Made by a program: the position numbers and the translations under genes. DNA of 64,000 bases from Pseudophaeobacter sp. GTDB lineage: Bacteria; Pseudomonadota; Alphaproteobacteria; Rhodobacterales; Rhodobacteraceae. The notes beneath the pieces are model-generated. The model searched no databases. It saw nothing but the letters and a program-made list of their open reading frames with translations, and was not told where the DNA came from. This document shows positions 9,652-18,657 of the stretch, in pieces. Position 1 is the first letter of the stretch; every line of letters begins with the position of its first letter. The stretch is taken from positions 440,773 to 504,772 of the forward strand of contig JALUXC010000012.1 of the NCBI GenBank assembly GCA_027019165.1, given 5' to 3'.

Positions 9652-10359
9652 TCAGCTCTTGCGGCGACGGCGTACAGCTGCCGTGCCAAGCAGGCCTGTC
9701 AGCAACAGAAGCCCGCCCGCTGGAAGCGGTACAGCTGCCATCGTTGCAAACTCCAGGGAGACAGAGTTGATCCGGTAGGATTCATTCTTGTTGTTGCCGT
9801 AAAGCGCAAAGCCAAGCACCCCATCTGTGTTCAGCGTTGACGTCAGGGGTACATTGCTGACGCTATAGCTCCCATTGGTGTACGAAAGGGTCGCGGGACC
9901 GCCGCCATCCGCAACGGTGAACGTCGCCGAGATCTGATTGGTAAACCCAATGTGGCTTTGGTGCAAAGTCAGGTCGTTGGCTGCACCGTTCAGCAGGTAT
10001 AAGGAGCCGCTCGCGTTGTCCGCCTGCATGGCACCGACAATACCGGACCCATCGGTGAAGCCGAATGCAAGATCGCTGTCGTTGGTGAGGGCGTCATAGT
10101 TGATCGTCACCGAAAAGGTCATGTCACCGCGCGAACCGGGACTAAGGGTGTAGAGTTCTGCCAGCGTTGCGTAGTGGGATGTCATACCGTATGTGACCGA
10201 GTTGCCCGACACGCTTTGCGTTGCACTGCCGCCAAGGGTGGCCGCGGCTGCAAACTCAGCACCGGTAAATGTCTGTGAGTACAAGGTGGCCGCCTGCGCG
10301 CACATCGGCATCACAAGGGCTACCGTAAGGGCCGAAACTGTAGAGGTCAGGCGGGTCAT
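9652..10359 (-). CDS. VPLPA-CTERM (PEP-CTERM variant) sorting-signal surface protein
   Basis: Signal peptide ending AQA; Ser/Thr/Gly-rich body; C-terminus VPLPAGGLLLLTGLLGTAAVRRRRKS. Start placed at ATG 10359 after GGAG. Confidence 0.9.
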   Translation of the reverse strand: MTRLTSTVSALTVALVMPMCAQAATLYSQTFTGAEFAAAATLGGSATQSVSGNSVTYGMTSHYATLAELYTLSPGSRGDMTFSVTINYDALTNDSDLAFGFTDGSGIVGAMQADNASGSLYLLNGAANDLTLHQSHIGFTNQISATFTVADGGGPATLSYTNGSYSVSNVPLTSTLNTDGVLGFALYGNNKNESYRINSVSLEFATMAAVPLPAGGLLLLTGLLGTAAVRRRRKS

Positions 10360-10510
10360 GCAAATCTCCCAGAGGTTACTCAAGTTTTATTCAATAGAAT
10401 TGTCGGCGTTTTGCGCAAGCTCAATTTCGGATAAGGTTAACGCCCCTTAAGGATAGTGGGGATGTCTTTGACGTTTCTCAATCTCCTCTGTTCTCGTTCG
10501 GGGAAGTCCA

Positions 10511-10533
10511 AAAAACTGGCTGACACGAGCCAG
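10511..10533 (-). terminator. Intrinsic terminator of ssb
   Basis: CTGGCT-N6-AGCCAG stem followed by a T-run on the minus strand, about 35 bp after the ssb stop. Confidence 0.55.
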
Positions 10534-10567
10534 CCCTTTGGTGATTTTGATAGCGGTTGGACGGGAA

Positions 10568-11095
10568 TTAGAAGGGGATCTCGTCGTCATCGATATTGTG
10601 CGACGGGCCGCCTTGTCCACCGCCGCCGAATCCGCCGCCACCCTGCGGGCCGCTGTCGTATCCACTGTCGTAGCCGCCGCCGCCATAGCTGCCGCCACTT
10701 CCACCGCCATAGCCGCCACCACTTTGACCGCCGCCACCTTCGCCGCGACCATCAAGCATGGTCAGGGTCGAGCCAAAGCCTTGCAGCACAACTTCGGTCG
10801 AATAGCGGTCTTGGCCATTCTGATCCTGCCATTTGCGGGTTTGCAGCTGGCCCTCGATGTAGACCTTTGAACCTTTGCGCAGATACTGCTCGCACACGCG
10901 AACCAGTCCTTCGTTGAAGACAGCAACGCTGTGCCATTCGGTTTTTTCGCGGCGCTCGCCGGTGTTGCGGTCTTTCCATGTTTCGGAGGTTGCGATGCGT
11001 AGGTTGCACACCTTACCACCGTTCTGAAAGGTCCGCACCTCGGGGTCGCGACCCAGGTTGCCGATGAGGATCACTTTGTTGACTGAGCCGGCCAT
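10568..11095 (-). CDS. ssb: Single-stranded DNA-binding protein
   Basis: [21 protein letters not shown]-fold, Gly-rich linker, DDDEIPF tail. Confidence 0.98.
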   Translation of the reverse strand: MAGSVNKVILIGNLGRDPEVRTFQNGGKVCNLRIATSETWKDRNTGERREKTEWHSVAVFNEGLVRVCEQYLRKGSKVYIEGQLQTRKWQDQNGQDRYSTEVVLQGFGSTLTMLDGRGEGGGGQSGGGYGGGSGGSYGGGGYDSGYDSGPQGGGGFGGGGQGGPSHNIDDDEIPF

Positions 11096-11349
11096 TTGGT
11101 CCTGTCCTTGTTCTTATCAGTTTTTGTTTGAGTGCACGGCAGGGCCAGAGCGAATCTGGCGTTGCGGCGCTTTGGCGACACCCTACAGGCCCCCAGCCTG
11201 CGATGAAAGCAAGCATCTTTTTCGTGGCTATCCGGCTTTGGCCAGCGTTGATCTGCCGATATCAACCGGGCGGTTTCAATTTGGGGCAAAGTGGGTATAG
11301 TCCAGCGCCAGATAAGGTATAGGCGATTAGGCAAGTGTTAGGAGCACGC

Positions 11350-12012
11350 ATGTTCATCGAGGACACGACTAGAGAGAGTCCCGAGGATCTGGCCGAACCA
11401 AAGGGCCACCGCAAGGGGTGTGCAACAGCCACTGCGGCCATGCTGGGTGCTGTCTTGTCCGTCCTGTCTTTGGGGCAGGGAGCCAGCGCGGATATGTTTT
11501 CTACCAAAAATCAGCGCAGTCTTTTTTCTGCCCACACCAAGGTGCTCGATGGGCGTGCGGCAAAACAATATCAGAACTCAGCGCGTCTCAAGCCGCCGTC
11601 CGCCTATGGAACCGAAGCGGCAGGTAATCTGCTATACACCGGCAAGTATCGAGGAAAGTTCCTGCCCATCGCCCGGGCTGCTGCGCGCAAACATGGCGTT
11701 CCAGAGGATCTATTCCTGCGGCTGGTGCAACAAGAGAGCAACTGGAACCCGCAGGCAAAGTCGCACAAAGGGGCGCTGGGGCTCGCGCAGTTGATGCCCC
11801 AGACGGCAAAGTCGCTTGGTGTTGATCCGAGTGATCCAGTGGAAAACCTCGAGGGCGGAGCGCGCTATCTGGCACGGCAATTCCGCAAGTTCGGATCCTG
11901 GCGTTTGGCGCTGGCGGCCTATAATGCGGGCCCGGAAGCGGTTGAAAAGCACGGGGGCGTGCCGCCCTACAAGGAGACCCAGGCTTACGTATTGAAAATC
12001 TGGGGCAGCTGA
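11350..12012 (+). CDS. Lytic transglycosylase (SLT domain)
   Basis: [37 protein letters not shown] motifs; start placed at ATG 11350 after AGGAG (uncertain). Confidence 0.9.
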   Translation: MFIEDTTRESPEDLAEPKGHRKGCATATAAMLGAVLSVLSLGQGASADMFSTKNQRSLFSAHTKVLDGRAAKQYQNSARLKPPSAYGTEAAGNLLYTGKYRGKFLPIARAAARKHGVPEDLFLRLVQQESNWNPQAKSHKGALGLAQLMPQTAKSLGVDPSDPVENLEGGARYLARQFRKFGSWRLALAAYNAGPEAVEKHGGVPPYKETQAYVLKIWGS

Positions 12013-12082
12013 TTTTGGTCTTGAACCGCATCGGCCGCCGCGCATGATCTGCGATGGCCGGTTCACACATTCTACATAATGG

Positions 12083-12098
12083 TAAATGCCGCGTTAAC
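12083..12098. promoter_or_regulatory. CtrA-like site, 1 mismatch
   Basis: TAAA-TGCCGCG-TTAAC upstream of the 12167 gene. Confidence 0.3.
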
Positions 12099-12166
12099 TT
12101 CGATTCTTGGCCACGATCTTGCCTGAATTGGAGCTGAAAACCGCGTCAGTTTCAGGAGGAATTGCC

Positions 12167-12541
12167 GTGACAGCCCATAGATTTGATGACCGCCTTGATC
12201 GCCTGCAGTGGACACCATCCGCCGTCCCATCGCGTGAAATCGTCGATAGCGTTCTGGGAGCGCGTCACAATCAGCGCACGCGGAGCGTGGCTGCGACCTT
12301 GGCTGGTGCAATTCTGGGGATCTTGATTGGTTTTGGTCTTGTTGGCATGTCCTTTCAGCAATCCCCATGGGGGCCTGGAAGCGGGACAACCGGGCTGATT
12401 TTTGGCTCGCTCTCGTTGCTTGGGCTTTTGCTATCGGTATGCCTTGCGGGTTTTGCGGCCTTTCACAGCAGCAAAAGGCCGCGTTTGATGCAGTTTTCTT
12501 CGATGAATTTGTTGATGATTGTCGTCTTGCTGCTGAGCTAG
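12167..12541 (+). CDS. Hypothetical membrane protein (about 3 TM, 124 aa)
   Basis: In frame with track ORF 12107; GTG at 12167 follows AGGAGGA; three hydrophobic stretches. Confidence 0.65.
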   Translation: MTAHRFDDRLDRLQWTPSAVPSREIVDSVLGARHNQRTRSVAATLAGAILGILIGFGLVGMSFQQSPWGPGSGTTGLIFGSLSLLGLLLSVCLAGFAAFHSSKRPRLMQFSSMNLLMIVVLLLS

Positions 12542-12664
12542 GGGACCGAGGGCGATCCAATCGCTCCTTTTAGTCGATCTTTATTGTCGGGAATTGCGCT
12601 CGATCAATGTCTGGCCTAAGGATCTGAGGGACGGTCCAGGAAATAGCCCAGATTCGAGAGCCCC

Positions 12665-13849
12665 GTGATGCCTTCTCCGATACGAATTCTTGCAGCGCGA
12701 CCTGTGGTTGCACTCACCTTTCTATGCTCTGGTCTGGGAGGGCATCTCGCCCATGGCAGCGACGCGGCACCAGCGGTGTTTTCGACGCTCGAAGAGCTGG
12801 GGGAGGCGCTGTTTCACGATCCGAACCTGTCTGCAAACCGCACCCAGTCCTGCGCAAGCTGCCATGACCCGGAATATGGGTTTGCGGATCCGCGCCGGTC
12901 AGCCGATGGCGCCTTTTCCTTGGGCGATGATGGGAGGTCGCTGGGAGATCGCAATGCGCCGACAGCCTCTTACGCTGCCTTTACACCGCCCTTTCATCAG
13001 CGTGAGGACGGCACTTGGGTAGGGGGCATGTTCTGGGACGGGCGCGCTGCGGGTCTTGAGGAACAGGCGGGAGGGCCTCCTCTCAATCCGATTGAAATGG
13101 GGATGGCCAGCAAGGGACAGGCTGTCTTGCGCCTGAAAGAGAGCCCGGAGTACATCACTGCGTTTCAGGCGCATTTCGGGCCCTCTGTGCTGGAAAGCGC
13201 GGATAGCGGTTATGAGGCGATGACCAAGGCGATTGCCGCCTTTGAACGCAGCAGCGCCTTTTCGCCCTTTGACAGCAAATACGACCGCTTTCTGCGCGGC
13301 GAGGTCGAGCTTTCCAAAGAAGAAGAGCTTGGACGGGTTCTGTTTTTTTCTGAGCAGTTTACCAACTGCAACCAGTGTCACCAGCTGAAACGCAGTGCGA
13401 TTGATCAGGAAGAGACCTTTACCGACTACAGCTACCACAACATCGGGGTGCCGGAGAATGTGCTGGGGCGGGCCGAGAACGGCGTTGCCCTCGGTACCCT
13501 TGATGAGGGGCTATTGGCGAACCCGGCGGTGTCGGATCCGGAGGCCAGAGGCAAATTCAAAACCCCAACCTTGCGCAATGTGGCGGTCACAGGCCCCTAT
13601 ATGCACAACGGTGTCTTTCAGGATCTGCGTACGGTCATTGCCTTCTACAACCGCTACAACAGCAAATCGGAGGCTGCCCAGATCAACCCGGAAACCGGCG
13701 AACCCTGGGGAGATACCCCTGTGCCAGAAACGCTCTCCCAGACCGAACTGACCCACGGTCCGGCGCTGGATGACCGTCGTATCGATGCGCTTGTGGCCTT
13801 CCTGAAAACGCTGACGGATCAGCGGTATGAGGCCTACCTGGAGCCATAG
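12665..13849 (+). CDS. Diheme cytochrome c peroxidase superfamily, MauG-like
   Basis: CASCH (12851-12865) and CNQCH (13367-13381); FWDGRA, PTLRNVAVTGPYMHNGVF, FYNRY, INPETGEPWG, VAFLKTLTD; signal-peptide-like N-terminus. Confidence 0.9.
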   Translation: MMPSPIRILAARPVVALTFLCSGLGGHLAHGSDAAPAVFSTLEELGEALFHDPNLSANRTQSCASCHDPEYGFADPRRSADGAFSLGDDGRSLGDRNAPTASYAAFTPPFHQREDGTWVGGMFWDGRAAGLEEQAGGPPLNPIEMGMASKGQAVLRLKESPEYITAFQAHFGPSVLESADSGYEAMTKAIAAFERSSAFSPFDSKYDRFLRGEVELSKEEELGRVLFFSEQFTNCNQCHQLKRSAIDQEETFTDYSYHNIGVPENVLGRAENGVALGTLDEGLLANPAVSDPEARGKFKTPTLRNVAVTGPYMHNGVFQDLRTVIAFYNRYNSKSEAAQINPETGEPWGDTPVPETLSQTELTHGPALDDRRIDALVAFLKTLTDQRYEAYLEP

Positions 13850-13926
13850 CGGCCAATTTGAAAGCGACACAAAGAGTGGCCAAAGGGGTCTGCGCGCTGG
13901 CCATTTGGCGGGATGCAGTCCCAGTG

Positions 13927-16014
13927 TCACTCGGCGGCGATTTTGATCACCGGGGTCATTCGCTCCTGAACCTCATCGCTCAGATGGCATTTGATTTGGT
14001 GTCCGGCCTCCAATTGCCGCACCGGCGGGACCTCGCTTTCGCACAGGCCTCCGGGGACTTCGGATTTCCAGCGGCAACGGGTCTGGAAGGGGCAGCCGGG
14101 GGGCGGGTTCATGGCCGAAGGGATGTCGCCCTCCAGCACGATATGCTCTTTTTCGACCGAGGTATCGGCAATGGGCACCGCGCTGAGCAGCGCTTCGGTA
14201 TAGGGGTGATAGGGTGGTGAGAAAACCTGATTGGTATCGCCGAGTTCCACCACATGGCCGAGGTACATCACCATCACCCGGTCGGAGAGGTAACGCACGA
14301 TCGACAGATCATGGCTGATGAACAAGAGGGTCGTCTTCTCGTTGCGCTGGATCTCCATCAACAGATCGGTGACCGCCGCCTGCACCGAGACATCCAGCGC
14401 CGAGACCGGCTCATCCGCCACCACGATGCGTGCACCACCCGCAAAGGCGCGGGCGATGCCCACCCTCTGTTTCTGCCCGCCCGAAAGCTGCCGCGGCATG
14501 CGGTCGGCAAAGGCGCGCGGAAGTTTTACCAGGTCCAACAGCTCCAGCATGCGGGCCTTACGCTCGGCGTCGCTGTCACCGATACCAAAGATCTCTAGCG
14601 CGCGGGTGATCTGCCGCCCCACAGTCATCGAGGGGTTCAGCGTGTCAAAGGGGTTCTGGAACACCATCTGCACGTCGGAGATGGTCTTGGTGTCGCGCGC
14701 CTCGATGGGGGTCTGTTCGATGTTCTGATTGTCGAGCAGGATTTCGCCATCGGTCGCGGTTTCCAGCCCCATCAGCACCTTGGCAAAGGTGGATTTGCCG
14801 CAGCCGGATTCCCCCACGATGGCCAGCGTTTCGGATTCGCGGGCCTCGAACGACAGGGTCTCGTTGGCCTTGACCACCTTCTTGGCGCCGCCGCCGAACA
14901 GGGCGTTGGAAGCGACCTCATAGTATTTCTTCAGCTGGTCCATTTTCAGAACCACCTTGCCGGGGGCGGTCTTTTCCTTCTGCTCCCCCACGGTGATCGG
15001 CGCGTTCCAGTCGATCTCCTGGAACTTCAGGCAGCGGGTGGCGTGGCGGTCATTGCCGGGCACATCAGCCATGGCGATATCGCCTGCATCGCAGCGCCCC
15101 GCCTCGAAATAATCGCAGCGCGGGCCAAAGTTACAGCCAGGCGGTCGTTCATGGGGCAGGGGGAAGTTGCCGGGGATCGCCACCAGGGGACGTGCGTTCT
15201 TGTCAGCGCCGGGCAGCGGGATCGAGCGGAACAGCGCCTGCGTATAGGGGTGCTGCATCTCGTCAAAGACGTCCTCGATACTGCCGCGCTCTACCGCCTC
15301 GCCCGAGTACATCACGCACAGCCGGTCACAGGTCTCCAAGACAAGGCCAAGGTTGTGCGAGATGAACAGCATGGAGGTGCCGTATTTCTTGCCCAGATCC
15401 TTGACCAGTTCCACGACGGCGGCTTCCACCGTCACATCCAGCGCTGTAGTCGGCTCATCAAGGATCAGAAGAGCCGGTTTCGACATCAGCGCCATGGCGA
15501 TCACGATCCGCTGCTGCTGGCCGCCCGACAGCTGATGCGGATAGCTGTTCAGCATGCGTTCGGGGTCGGGCAGGCGCACATCGGTCACCACCTCAAGCGC
15601 TCGTTGATAGGCTTCATCCTCGCTGACGCCCTCGTGGATCATCGGCACTTCCATCAGCTGCTTGCCGATCTTCATCGCCGGGTTAAGGCTCGCCATCGGC
15701 TCTTGGTAGATCATCGCGATCTCATTGCCGCGAATGTCGCGCAGCTCCTCGACACTCATCTCGCCCAGGTCGCGGCCTTTGAACTTGATCGACCCGCCCA
15801 CGATGCGGCCGTTCTTGCCCAGATCCTGCATCACCCCAAGGGCAACGGTGGATTTGCCGCAGCCGCTCTCGCCGACGAGGCCGACCGCCTCGCCGGGCAT
15901 GACGGAGACGGAGAAATCCATCACCGCAGGGATTTCGCGCAGCCGCGTGAAGAAGGAGATCGACAGGCGGTCGATTTCCAGGATGGGGCCGTCGGTGTGC
16001 TCTAATTTGCTCAT
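13927..16014 (-). CDS. Fused double ABC ATPase (DppD/DppF-type)
   Basis: Two GESGCGKS Walker A motifs, two LSGGQ signatures, two oligopeptide-type Cys-rich tails. Confidence 0.95.
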   Translation of the reverse strand: MSKLEHTDGPILEIDRLSISFFTRLREIPAVMDFSVSVMPGEAVGLVGESGCGKSTVALGVMQDLGKNGRIVGGSIKFKGRDLGEMSVEELRDIRGNEIAMIYQEPMASLNPAMKIGKQLMEVPMIHEGVSEDEAYQRALEVVTDVRLPDPERMLNSYPHQLSGGQQQRIVIAMALMSKPALLILDEPTTALDVTVEAAVVELVKDLGKKYGTSMLFISHNLGLVLETCDRLCVMYSGEAVERGSIEDVFDEMQHPYTQALFRSIPLPGADKNARPLVAIPGNFPLPHERPPGCNFGPRCDYFEAGRCDAGDIAMADVPGNDRHATRCLKFQEIDWNAPITVGEQKEKTAPGKVVLKMDQLKKYYEVASNALFGGGAKKVVKANETLSFEARESETLAIVGESGCGKSTFAKVLMGLETATDGEILLDNQNIEQTPIEARDTKTISDVQMVFQNPFDTLNPSMTVGRQITRALEIFGIGDSDAERKARMLELLDLVKLPRAFADRMPRQLSGGQKQRVGIARAFAGGARIVVADEPVSALDVSVQAAVTDLLMEIQRNEKTTLLFISHDLSIVRYLSDRVMVMYLGHVVELGDTNQVFSPPYHPYTEALLSAVPIADTSVEKEHIVLEGDIPSAMNPPPGCPFQTRCRWKSEVPGGLCESEVPPVRQLEAGHQIKCHLSDEVQERMTPVIKIAAE

Positions 16015-16018
16015 GTCA

Positions 16019-17455
16019 TCAATCCCTCAGGCTTTCTTCACGCAGACCATCCGCCAAAAGGTTCAGCCCCAGAACGAGGCTCAGAAGGGCAATGGCGGGC
16101 GGCAGGGCGGGGTGCAGGTAGACCGACAAAAGCTTGCGCCCCTCGTTGATGGTCGACCCCCAGTCGGGGCTTTCGGGCGGCAGGCCAAGGCCGAAAAAGC
16201 CCAAAGTTCCCAAAAGGATGGTGGTGTAGCCGATGCGCAGGCAGAAATCGACAATCAGCGGCCCGCGCGCGTTGGGCAGGACCTCCCAGAGCATGATGTA
16301 CCAGGGGCGTTCGCCACGGGTCTGGGCGGCTGCGACATAGTCCCGTGTCTTGATGTCCATGGTCAGGCCCCGCACGATGCGGAACACGGTGGGGGAGTTG
16401 ACGAAGACCACCGAGACAAAGACCACCAAGATCCCGCCGGGCACGTCAAAGAAATCAAGTGGCCAGAAGTCGATCTTGGACCCCGCCGCGTTGATCAGCG
16501 ACATGTACATCAGGAACAGCGGCACCAGAACCACGGCAAGGATGATCAGGTTCTTCTGCGGCTGGGTGCGATAGCGCGCGTTCAGCAGGACGCCAAAGAA
16601 GACCATCGGAAATGCAAAAAGCACCACCGCCATATATTGCGGCAGGCCGGTTGCTACGATTTCGGGTGTTACCAGCAGGTAGAACAACAGGATCACCGGG
16701 AAAGCCAGGATCAGGTTGGCAAGGAAGGACAGGAAGGTGTCGAGCTTGCCGCCATAGTATCCTGCGGGCAGGCCAAGTGTGATGCCGACCATGAAGGCGA
16801 AGATTGTGGCAAGAGGCGCGATCTTCACCACCTCCCAGGCGCCTTTGACCATGCGGCTGAAGACATCGCGGGCCAGGTTGTCTCCACCCAGCAGATACCA
16901 GGCAAAATCGCCGTCCTCGGCGCCGCGCAGGGGGGTGCCGGGGGCCTTGTTCTTCATGCCAGAGGCCTGCGCCAGTGAGTCATGGGTGACGATCATGTCA
17001 AAGGCGCCGAAGATGCCGGTGAAGACCCAGAACATCACAAGACCGAAGCCGATCATGCCGATGGGGCTGTCGAACAGCTTCCCGTAAAGACCAAGGCGGC
17101 GTTTGAAGCTGATCGAGAGGGTGAACAGCAGGATCAGGGCGATCCAGACTGGCAGCATCCGCTGCGAGATCGCGCCGATGATGCCCGCGCCCGTGCCCAT
17201 GACGAGGCCAAGCACGACATAGGCCAAAAGGATCACGGCCGAAGCCAAGAAGGTGATGCGCACGGCGAGGGCGGCCAGCCCTTGCGGCCCGGCCGATAGG
17301 CTCAGCGTGCCGCCCTCGTTGGTGATGGCGCGATTCTCCGGCGTCACCGCGCCGATGACGATCCAAAGAAGGATCGAAATGGCCAGAAGTCCCAAAGCCG
17401 CAAACAAAAGCGGGTTGAGAAAGGCGATCGATCCGGTCCAGCTGAGGGGGTCCAT
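16019..17455 (-). CDS. ABC permease (DppC-like) with extra TM segments
   Basis: RDYVAAAQTRGE EAA-like loop, EVLPNARGP; 478 aa, longer than typical DppC. Confidence 0.9.
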   Translation of the reverse strand: MDPLSWTGSIAFLNPLLFAALGLLAISILLWIVIGAVTPENRAITNEGGTLSLSAGPQGLAALAVRITFLASAVILLAYVVLGLVMGTGAGIIGAISQRMLPVWIALILLFTLSISFKRRLGLYGKLFDSPIGMIGFGLVMFWVFTGIFGAFDMIVTHDSLAQASGMKNKAPGTPLRGAEDGDFAWYLLGGDNLARDVFSRMVKGAWEVVKIAPLATIFAFMVGITLGLPAGYYGGKLDTFLSFLANLILAFPVILLFYLLVTPEIVATGLPQYMAVVLFAFPMVFFGVLLNARYRTQPQKNLIILAVVLVPLFLMYMSLINAAGSKIDFWPLDFFDVPGGILVVFVSVVFVNSPTVFRIVRGLTMDIKTRDYVAAAQTRGERPWYIMLWEVLPNARGPLIVDFCLRIGYTTILLGTLGFFGLGLPPESPDWGSTINEGRKLLSVYLHPALPPAIALLSLVLGLNLLADGLREESLRD

Positions 17456-17470
17456 TGTCTTTCTCCGTCT

Positions 17471-18517
17471 TCAGGAAATGCGAATGCGCGGGTTGAGGTA
17501 GACATAGCCGATGTCTGAAATCAGCTGCGTGATCAGCACCACGAGGACGGAGACGACAGAGACCCCCAAGAGGAGCTCGATGTCGTTGTTGCCCGCCGCC
17601 TGCACCAGCGTCCAGCCAAAGCCCTTGTAGTTGAACAGGGTCTCGACGATCACCACGCCGTTCAAGAGCCAGGGGAACTGCAGCATGATCACCGTAAAGG
17701 GCGCGATCAGCGCGTTGCGCAGGGCGTGTTTCATCACGATGTTCGGAAAGCTTACCCCTTTCAATCGCGCGGTACGGATATACTGCGCCGTCATCACCTC
17801 CGTCATCGAGGCGCGGGTCATCCGCGCGATATAGCCCATGCCGTAAAGGGCGATGGTCAACACCGGCAGCAGGAAGTTTTCAATGTTCGGGCTTTCCATT
17901 GCGCTCGTCGCGGTGCCCTTGAACCATTTGAGGCCCACCGCAGATGAGGAAAAGATCGCGATGAACAAGACGCCCGAAACATATTCGGGCGTCGCCGTGG
18001 TGGTGATGGCAAAGGTCGAGAGCGTCCTGTCGGTGGCCGAGCCTTCCTTCATCCCCGCAAGAACGCCAAGGATCAGCGCCGATGGCACCATGACCACCAT
18101 CACCCAGAACATCAGGGTGCCGGTCAGCGACAGGCGCGTTGCGACAATGGAACTCACCTCATCCTTGAACACGGTGGAATAGCCCCAGTACCCTTGCAGG
18201 ATACCGCAGAACCGAGGCGCCTCGGCAGGATCCATGCCCGGCGTGATGCAGCGCCCGGTGATGGTGCCATCATCTGCCACATGCTGATAGGAGGGCGCAA
18301 GGCCGACCCATTCAAGGTATTTCTTGGGGGTGGATTGCAGGTAGCCGCCCTTTTCCAGCCAGCTGGCAACAGCCTCATCCGACATGCGGAAGTTGCCTTG
18401 CGTCTTCGCCAGTTTTTCAAGGTTCGGATAGAGATTCGTCATGAAGAACACGACGAATGTCAGACACAGAGCGGTCAGGATCATGACCCCGACACGTCTG
18501 AGGATAAACAGTCCCAT
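17471..18517 (-). CDS. ABC permease (DppB-like)
   Basis: YIRTARLKG, KHALRNAL, VIVETLFNYKGFG motifs. Confidence 0.92.
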   Translation of the reverse strand: MGLFILRRVGVMILTALCLTFVVFFMTNLYPNLEKLAKTQGNFRMSDEAVASWLEKGGYLQSTPKKYLEWVGLAPSYQHVADDGTITGRCITPGMDPAEAPRFCGILQGYWGYSTVFKDEVSSIVATRLSLTGTLMFWVMVVMVPSALILGVLAGMKEGSATDRTLSTFAITTTATPEYVSGVLFIAIFSSSAVGLKWFKGTATSAMESPNIENFLLPVLTIALYGMGYIARMTRASMTEVMTAQYIRTARLKGVSFPNIVMKHALRNALIAPFTVIMLQFPWLLNGVVIVETLFNYKGFGWTLVQAAGNNDIELLLGVSVVSVLVVLITQLISDIGYVYLNPRIRIS

Positions 18518-18614
18518 GGATGCCCCCGTTGGTGGCTGTGCGCCCGGTACGTTGCCGGTGCGCTTTTTCTAGGGCGCGCCTGCGCCCGATCTTTGGCTGT
18601 GGTTCGGGTCCTGC

Positions 18615-18646
18615 AAAAACGGGCCGCGCTTTTGAAGCGCGGCCCG
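18615..18646 (-). terminator. Strong hairpin between the SBP and permease genes
   Basis: CGGGCCGCGCTT/AAGCGCGGCCCG 12-bp stem followed by TTTTT on the minus strand. Confidence 0.7.
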
Positions 18647-18657
18647 GTCGTGTCAAA

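Noticed and set aside
10437-10450. TTAA-CGCCCC-TTAA upstream of the VPLPA-CTERM gene as a CtrA box
   Set aside because: Spacer is 6 nt, not 7; at most two half-sites.
10620-10750. GC-rich quasi-repeat (ccgccgcc...) resembling a tandem repeat
   Set aside because: It encodes the normal Gly-rich linker of SSB.
11110-11124. LexA box upstream of ssb
   Set aside because: GTTC-TTATCAG-TTTT has two mismatches in the second half; insufficient on its own.
12069-12096. dif-like site (ATTCTACATAA-TGGTAA-...)
   Set aside because: The left arm vaguely resembles a XerC arm, but the right arm does not match the conserved TTATGTTAAAT XerD arm.
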